Source: Eledone cirrhosa (taxonomy: Eukaryota). From it: DNA of 64,000 bases. Every line of letters starts with the position of its first letter. The first letter of the stretch is position 1. The stretch is taken from positions 254,262,001-254,326,000 of the forward strand of contig OZ024743.1 of NCBI GenBank assembly GCA_964016885.1, read 5' to 3'. Under the pieces are notes generated by a model that saw only the letters and a program-made list of their open reading frames with translations, made no database searches and had not been told where the DNA came from. The position numbers and the translations under genes were made by a program. Below are positions 58,061 through 64,000 of this stretch, piece after piece.

Positions 58061-58288
58061 ATGTTCACCTATATTGAGCTCCAGCAGAGAGCAGAGTAAA
58101 GGAGCACCATCTTGGTAATGACCAGAGTCAGAAATGAGGATTGTCGACAGTGATCAACCATTGCTTCTGCTGGAATCTTCTAGATGGCTCTACATCATCA
58201 GTCCCCCAAATTCATAAACATACCATATATCACTAGATATCCAAAATACACATACTTATATGTATACAGCTATGTTATAGTGAACACC

Positions 58289-58504
58289 TTAACCCTTTAG
58301 CATTTAAACTGATTGTATCTGGCCAGAATTCTCTCACCTCTTTCTGTTTAAACTGACTGTAACTAGCCACTCATACTGATGTTAAGGTATTGTTCTCAAA
58401 ATAAGTAATATCAAAATCTAATAGATTCGATATTATGAGAGATAAAGCCTTTACAGCAAAAATACAATAGTATATATAGAGTAATGTAAATGATAAAGAG
58501 TTAA
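58289..58504. mobile_element. Possible piggyBac-type MITE
   Basis: TTAACCCTTT ... AAAGAGTTAA termini with TTAA at both ends. Confidence 0.4.
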
Positions 58505-59763
58505 TTCAACAAATAAAGATGTTTTCACTAAGGGTCCAAACCTGAACACAGAAGATATTTGGTGTAAAAATGTACTGCCAAAATAGTATAGTACTCGGGA
58601 TTCGAATAGGTTTGGTAGGCTTCACACTACACATTGATAACTGACACAGATTGAGCTGATTGTAGGACACTTCCAGAAACTTTGCCACCACCCTATAACT
58701 ATGTCTGATTTTTATGGTCAGTTTATCTACGAACACGACTAGTCCATCCACCTCTCATATTTATTACTTCTTCATTTGCTCTCTTCAATAATTACATTTT
58801 CATCTACTTATCTATACCTAATTGTATTTATATAATGTTGTTGCTCTTCTTGGTTTGGGTGTGGCTCCTCCAACAAATAACACCCCTCTGTCCCAAGCTA
58901 CATACACAAAAAGGATGGCCTAACCATTACACTAAGCGTATACAGATAACGACTCGTAAATACAGAGTCAGACCTAATTGTGATTAATCATACCTTGATC
59001 TGATCGATAATGAAACACGTCATATTGAATAAAATCTATATATGATGCAATATTGATACTTTTTATTATTATTATTATTATTATTCGAGCCTCCCTTCTC
59101 TCTTCCCTTCTCCTCCTCACTCTAGTTTTTTCTCTCTCTCTATCCATCCGTTCGGTTTTGATTGTTGACATGTTTACACGTGCTGTGGTGGCCTCTCTGC
59201 CGCAATCTTTGCGGCACGTTTTTACCACCGTCGTAAAAAACCCTTCTGTCTCTCTCTCACTTTCTCCTGTCTATGTGAGAGGCAGCACCATTATACCAGC
59301 TCTAAGTCGTAGCTGACCACCGGGCTAAAGTCTCCCAGGGTGGCCACAACTTACTTACTTTCCCTATTTTTCCACGGTTAATTTTTTGCATGTTTCTTTC
59401 ACCTGTGTCTTCCCAACATGGGACCTGTACACTTTTTTCTCCTATTCCTTTCCCCTTCCCCCTTTCTTCCTCTCTCCTCATCCTTTTACTCCCTGTTCTT
59501 CCTCCTTTCCCTCTCTTTCTTTTTCTCCCCTTTTTTTCTCTCTTTCTCTCTCCTTTTCCACTTGGCCTTTTGATTAAGAAAAGGCTTCGGGCGCACCCAA
59601 AATACACCGATGTCATGTAATTCAGTGCCGAAACATCAGTTCGGGAAACATTTACAGCTGACGATGGAAACTCCTTTCTTCCTTTCTCCCCCTGTTCCGT
59701 CCTAACCACCATCCTAAACATTGTTTTTAGTAACCACACAGCTCCTTTCATTTCATATATATC

Positions 59764-61224
59764 AATCCTCCCCATAATACCGAGGTAGCAACAACTATCG
59801 GGAAATTCTTCTTTAGGCTCCTCGAAAAACACTTTCCACTACAACATCGCTACCACAACATAATCAACAAAAACACCATCAAACTCTCCTACAGAACCAC
59901 ACCTAACTTCGCACAAAACATCGTCTCTTCAAACAACAAAAAACTCAACCCCTATGGAAGAAACAACCTAGACATCAGTGGAGAGCCAACCAGGAGGTGT
60001 AACTGCCCTGATAGATCTACGTGCCCCCTCAACAACAAATGCCGAGAACGTAACGTGATCTACCAGTGCAACGTGAGGACGGACACATCAAACAAAGCTT
60101 ATATAGGATTAACCGCGTGTGACTTCAAGACCCGGCTCTACCAACACCGACATACTTTCCGAAACCCGCTCCGGCGACATGCCACTACACTTTCGGCCCA
60201 CATCTGGGACCTCCTAGATAATAATATAACCTACAATCTCACTTGGAGCTTACTGTCCAGAGCTAACTCTTACACGGGAGGATGACGTCCGTGTAACTTA
60301 TGATCGGAGGAAACATTACAAATGCTGTTTTCGAAGGACCAACTCCTAAACAAGAAAGACGAACTGGTAACCGCATGCAAACACAGATTGCGTAGAACTT
60401 ACCTCACCCTCAAACCCCATAACGACCCGGGGGGTAGACAAGGGCTGATAAACCCACTTGCCGAATAAGTTAGGGGAACCCCAGCTTACATAGGTAGATG
60501 TATCTCTTTTCTTTTCCTCTTTGTCTTCTTCTTCCCACTATCCGTTCCTATAACTTCCTTCCAACCCCCATTTTTTCCTCGTCTGCTTTTCCCCTTTCGC
60601 CTACCCCGATGCTGCTCATCAGGCCTCTGTAGAATCAGTTCCCCCACCCCTGTAATTTTAAGATAGAATTGGCGGAATACGTTTTAGTAACTACTTATAG
60701 CAGACGTGTTAAAACCCTTTAATTTTGTATCAGTTTTGGTACTACTCAATTTCTACAATTTTTTTCTATTCTCAACTTATTAACCTGTAATTGTAAGATA
60801 GCATTGTGATTTTTTTTATTCATTCTCACTATCTAATTTTATATTTTTTTTTATTTCTTTGTATTATCTTTTATTGTCTCCTACTCTCATTCGAATTACC
60901 TATTCTATAACCTCCCTCCTCCTTTAAATACACTATCCTTAGAATCTGCTGTTTACATATCACTTTCAACGCTTGACCACTCCACTCATTCCCCTATTGT
61001 TCTACAGGCAAGTTCAGCCATCCCTACCGCCCACCAAATGCCATGATAGACTTATTTGTGTTTACAACAAATTTTAACCAATCTTCTTGACAGCTACAAT
61101 CTTCCCATTTAAGGAAGTACCCCCTGGACAAGTTCGGCTATTTATTAACCAGGCTAAAAATTCTAATTTAGTCCAGAAATAGCCGTCGAAACGGCTTGAT
61201 CTCTGCCGTCGGGGTCATACTTTT

Positions 61225-61228
<4 letters not shown>
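59764..61228 (+). mobile_element. 5'-truncated Penelope-like element (GIY-YIG region plus pseudo-LTR with decayed hammerhead)
   Basis: One frame 59764-60468: HFPLQHRYHNIINKNTIKLSY, CNCPDRSTCPLNNKC, VIYQC..AYIGLT..FKTRL, CNL*SEE..LLNKKDELVTACKH; interrupted only by TGA at 60283 and 60301; GAAACGGC..GCCGTC near 61188-61210. Confidence 0.9.
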
Positions 61229-61285
<57 letters not shown>

Positions 61286-61541
61286 TAAACGGAATAGAAA
61301 ATGCTGACAAATTGTTCACAGTTGAAAAATGGTTTAATTAGGAATAAAAGAGTATTAGTGATTGTATGGGTTAGTATTCAGTTGTGGTTTTAAGTTTTTA
61401 AGTTTTTACCGGTTGTGCATTTTTAAATGCTTTTCAAAAATAATTTTGAGATAGAGTGTCCGTGCTGTTTGCTCTGATCATATATATATATAAATGAAAT
61501 AACAGAAGGCTGCACTGGTGTTAATCCTTAAAAGGTTTAAT

Positions 61542-61599
61542 ATACTATGATCATTTCAATGACCGGGTTCCATATCAATCCGGTGATATCATCAGGTAT
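61542..61599 (-). ncRNA. Type I hammerhead ribozyme
   Basis: ATAC-CTGATGA-[CCGG hairpin]-GAAATGATCATA-GTAT on the minus strand. Confidence 0.75.
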
Positions 61600-62318
61600 T
61601 GGAATATAACAAAGGAATATGTAAACCCCTAATGTGTGATTTAATAGTATTCGTGGTATAGACGAAGGCCTGTCGAAATTGTGGAGTTCCCGCTAGCGAT
61701 CCCGGGGCCAAAGTTAGCTACGTTACTAGAGTACTCGGAAAAATTAATTTCCATTTCTTTCGCTGGACGATACCACTCGAGACTGGCTGACTCATGGTGG
61801 TGGTTGTGCTGGCTGGGCATCCCAATCGAAATCTTTACTCTATATCCCATCCTAATATCTAAAAAAAAAATTCATATAAGACCCTCTCCGTAATTTCATT
61901 AAATAAATAAATCTCGCTACCTCTATTTTTCAATTTACCATTTTGCAATTTAATTTAATTTCATCCTATAACTCGCAACATAAATTTAACGTTCCAATCT
62001 TCGGTTCACACATTAGACCATACAGACACATATTATAGATTCTTTCGGTACCATTTTTTCGCGGCATTTTCTAACATGAATGTAGTTTGACCCTTACTCT
62101 ACACTTCTTTCTCCCTTTCTTTCTTTCCTCCCCTTCTTCTTTGATGGAGTGCTGGTAGCGCATTGTAAGCCTTCGCCCCCTCACCAGATATTCATTGGTA
62201 GTTTTTTGGTTGCCAACAATTTGGGGGCGGCTGGCTGAGAAGCTAGTCGGTCAGCCGTCCCTTCTGTCTCTTATTTTTCGGACCCTTGGCTTTTTACATA
62301 TTCCTTTGTTATATTCCA

Positions 62319-62376
62319 ATACCTGATGATATCACCGGATTGATATGGAACAAGGTCATTGAAATGATCATAGTAT
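62319..62376 (+). ncRNA. Type I hammerhead ribozyme
   Basis: ATAC, CTGATGA 62323-62329, GAAA 62361-62364, ATGATCAT palindrome, AUA triplet, GTAT. Confidence 0.72.
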
Positions 62377-62789
62377 AGTAAACCTTTTAAGGATTTACAC
62401 CAGTCCAGCCTCCTGTTATTTCATGTATAATTACCTCCGTATTCGCACCACCAACTACACAAACGAATATAGGTGAACTGCACTGCGTTGAGTACTGTTC
62501 ACAATATTACACCAGGATTGACCATACGGAATGACCAGTTCTATCCAGTGGTGAACCAACAAACGTAAAGAAATAATGTTCCTATAATGTTGAGCACTTC
62601 AAAATGTAATATTGAACAGCGGCACTGACTTCAGTGTACAGCTATTACCAGCATGGTATTAACTGATCTACTTACCATTCGGATTCTGGCTGCTCTGCGC
62701 CTTATCTACCGCCACCTGATACTACTTTCCTTGTCGGGATGATTCCGATTACGTCATATGTAAGGTAAACCCCCGGATAAACTGTAAAA

Positions 62790-63640
62790 CTAGAAAGTAG
62801 TCTATAGCATAAGATGTACAGAGGGTACTTGCAGAAACATGAGAACAACATACATAGGCGAAACAGCTCGTAGCATAGGTGAAAGGATAGACCAACACTG
62901 GGGGGAACTAAAAGGACGAAAAAACGGTTCAGTACTATACGAACATGCCAGACAACAACACGACGGTAACATAGACAACATAGAAATTAGAATAATATCT
63001 AAACATAGAAATGACCCAGCAGATAGGCAAATCAGAGAGGCCAGTGAAATAGAACTTAGAAGGCCATGACTAAACAGAAAGAATGAATGGAATAACAACA
63101 ACACCCAAACAAACAACACTGATCTAAGAGAAGTATAAATAAATAGATAAATAAATAAATACATACACAAGCACAATAACAACAAACACATATAAACACA
63201 CACTAGTAAACATAGAACACATTAACCAATACACAGTCCCCCCAATCACGAAAACACATCAAACAAAACACTATACACACACGCAAACGCATGCGCAAAG
63301 AAGACAAAATAAAATAAACAAACAAGCAAATAAATAAATAATATATAAACAGACTAAATAAAGATGGCGTAGAAATACAATGCAACGGGAGGAATCTATA
63401 GCACCACTGACGATGTTGCAGATGTGCAACGAAAGAACTTTGATAAACTATATATATGTGTTTGTGTCTATATTGTATCTGTATTATTTTTGACCGTTGG
63501 TCAGTCAATGGCAACATTGAGGACCGCAGAAATTTGATTACCGATATAAAAGACACAGAAGCGAAAAGCGAAAACCAACCAAACAGTGAGTGTGTTCTGT
63601 TATTAATTCTGGCAATGTTACACAAATATGCCCCCCCCCC
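62790..63640 (+). mobile_element. 3' end of a Penelope/Poseidon-type PLE (GIY-YIG) with hammerhead-like pseudo-LTR
   Basis: VVYSIRC..C..YIGETARSIGERIDQH..SVLYEH...H..RQIREASEI..P*LNRKNEW; CTGACGA-TGTTGCA(GATG)TGCAAC-GAAAG at 63407-63435. Confidence 0.85.
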
Positions 63641-64000
63641 CCAACCCCACCCCCCAAGTATAACAATATTTGTTTCGACACACGATTTCATATAAAAAAC
63701 CTCGCAAAACTAATTCATCGCCGTTATGGCATTAGCTTGTGCCAAGCTGAAAGGTTATTGAAAGACACTGTTTTCTGTTATATAAAAACTACAATAACAA
63801 CAGAACAAATCCGGTTCTTAAAACACTGTGTTTCCTCCAAAATATACACTACAAACATATCAAAACAAGTAAATAATTTATTATTGAACAAAACACAAGC
63901 TGAACGACTAAAACACAAAATAACAGTTAATATGAAAAGAACAACATACACAAAAGTCATCGAACTTTACAGACAGAAACGCATTAACGGTAAGGAAGTC

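Larger units (their letters stand above)
61494..62570 (+). mobile_element. Non-coding PLE-derived element with inverted pseudo-LTRs
   Basis: 61494-61626 is inverted at 62292-62424; about 62310-62565 is homologous to about 22085-22340. Confidence 0.8.

Noticed and set aside
61040-61100. SECIS element downstream of the UGA-containing PLE frame
   Set aside because: ATGA is present but the AA and GA spacing does not fit the canonical form by eye.

Overview
AT-rich, microsatellite-saturated animal genomic DNA. The SINE families and (TA)n load resemble octopus/cephalopod repeats (inference). I find no credible host gene: almost all short ORFs in the track are (TA)n/(CA)n translation artefacts. The window is a nest of transposons. 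It holds one intact RTE LINE (APE-RT plus three C2H2 fingers, 24124-27669), two 5'-truncated LINEs with open RT frames (RTE-like and CR1-group), fragments of L1/Tx1, R4/Dong, RTE, mariner and Helitron, a probable solo LTR, and tRNA-derived SINEs. The dominant non-coding signal is a dense Penelope-like-element (PLE)/hammerhead-ribozyme system. About 21 type I hammerhead motifs with an intact CUGANGA/GAAA core and a pairable stem I, plus roughly a dozen decayed ones, fall into about ten different sequence families. They sit in tandem and inverted pseudo-LTRs. Highlights are a near-identical 466-bp ribozyme-bearing tandem array with an internal inversion (retrozyme-like, 41185-43342) and a 16-nt microhomology that explains a kilobase-scale inverted arm as cDNA snap-back. 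All pairings and coordinates were read by eye; element boundaries are approximate.
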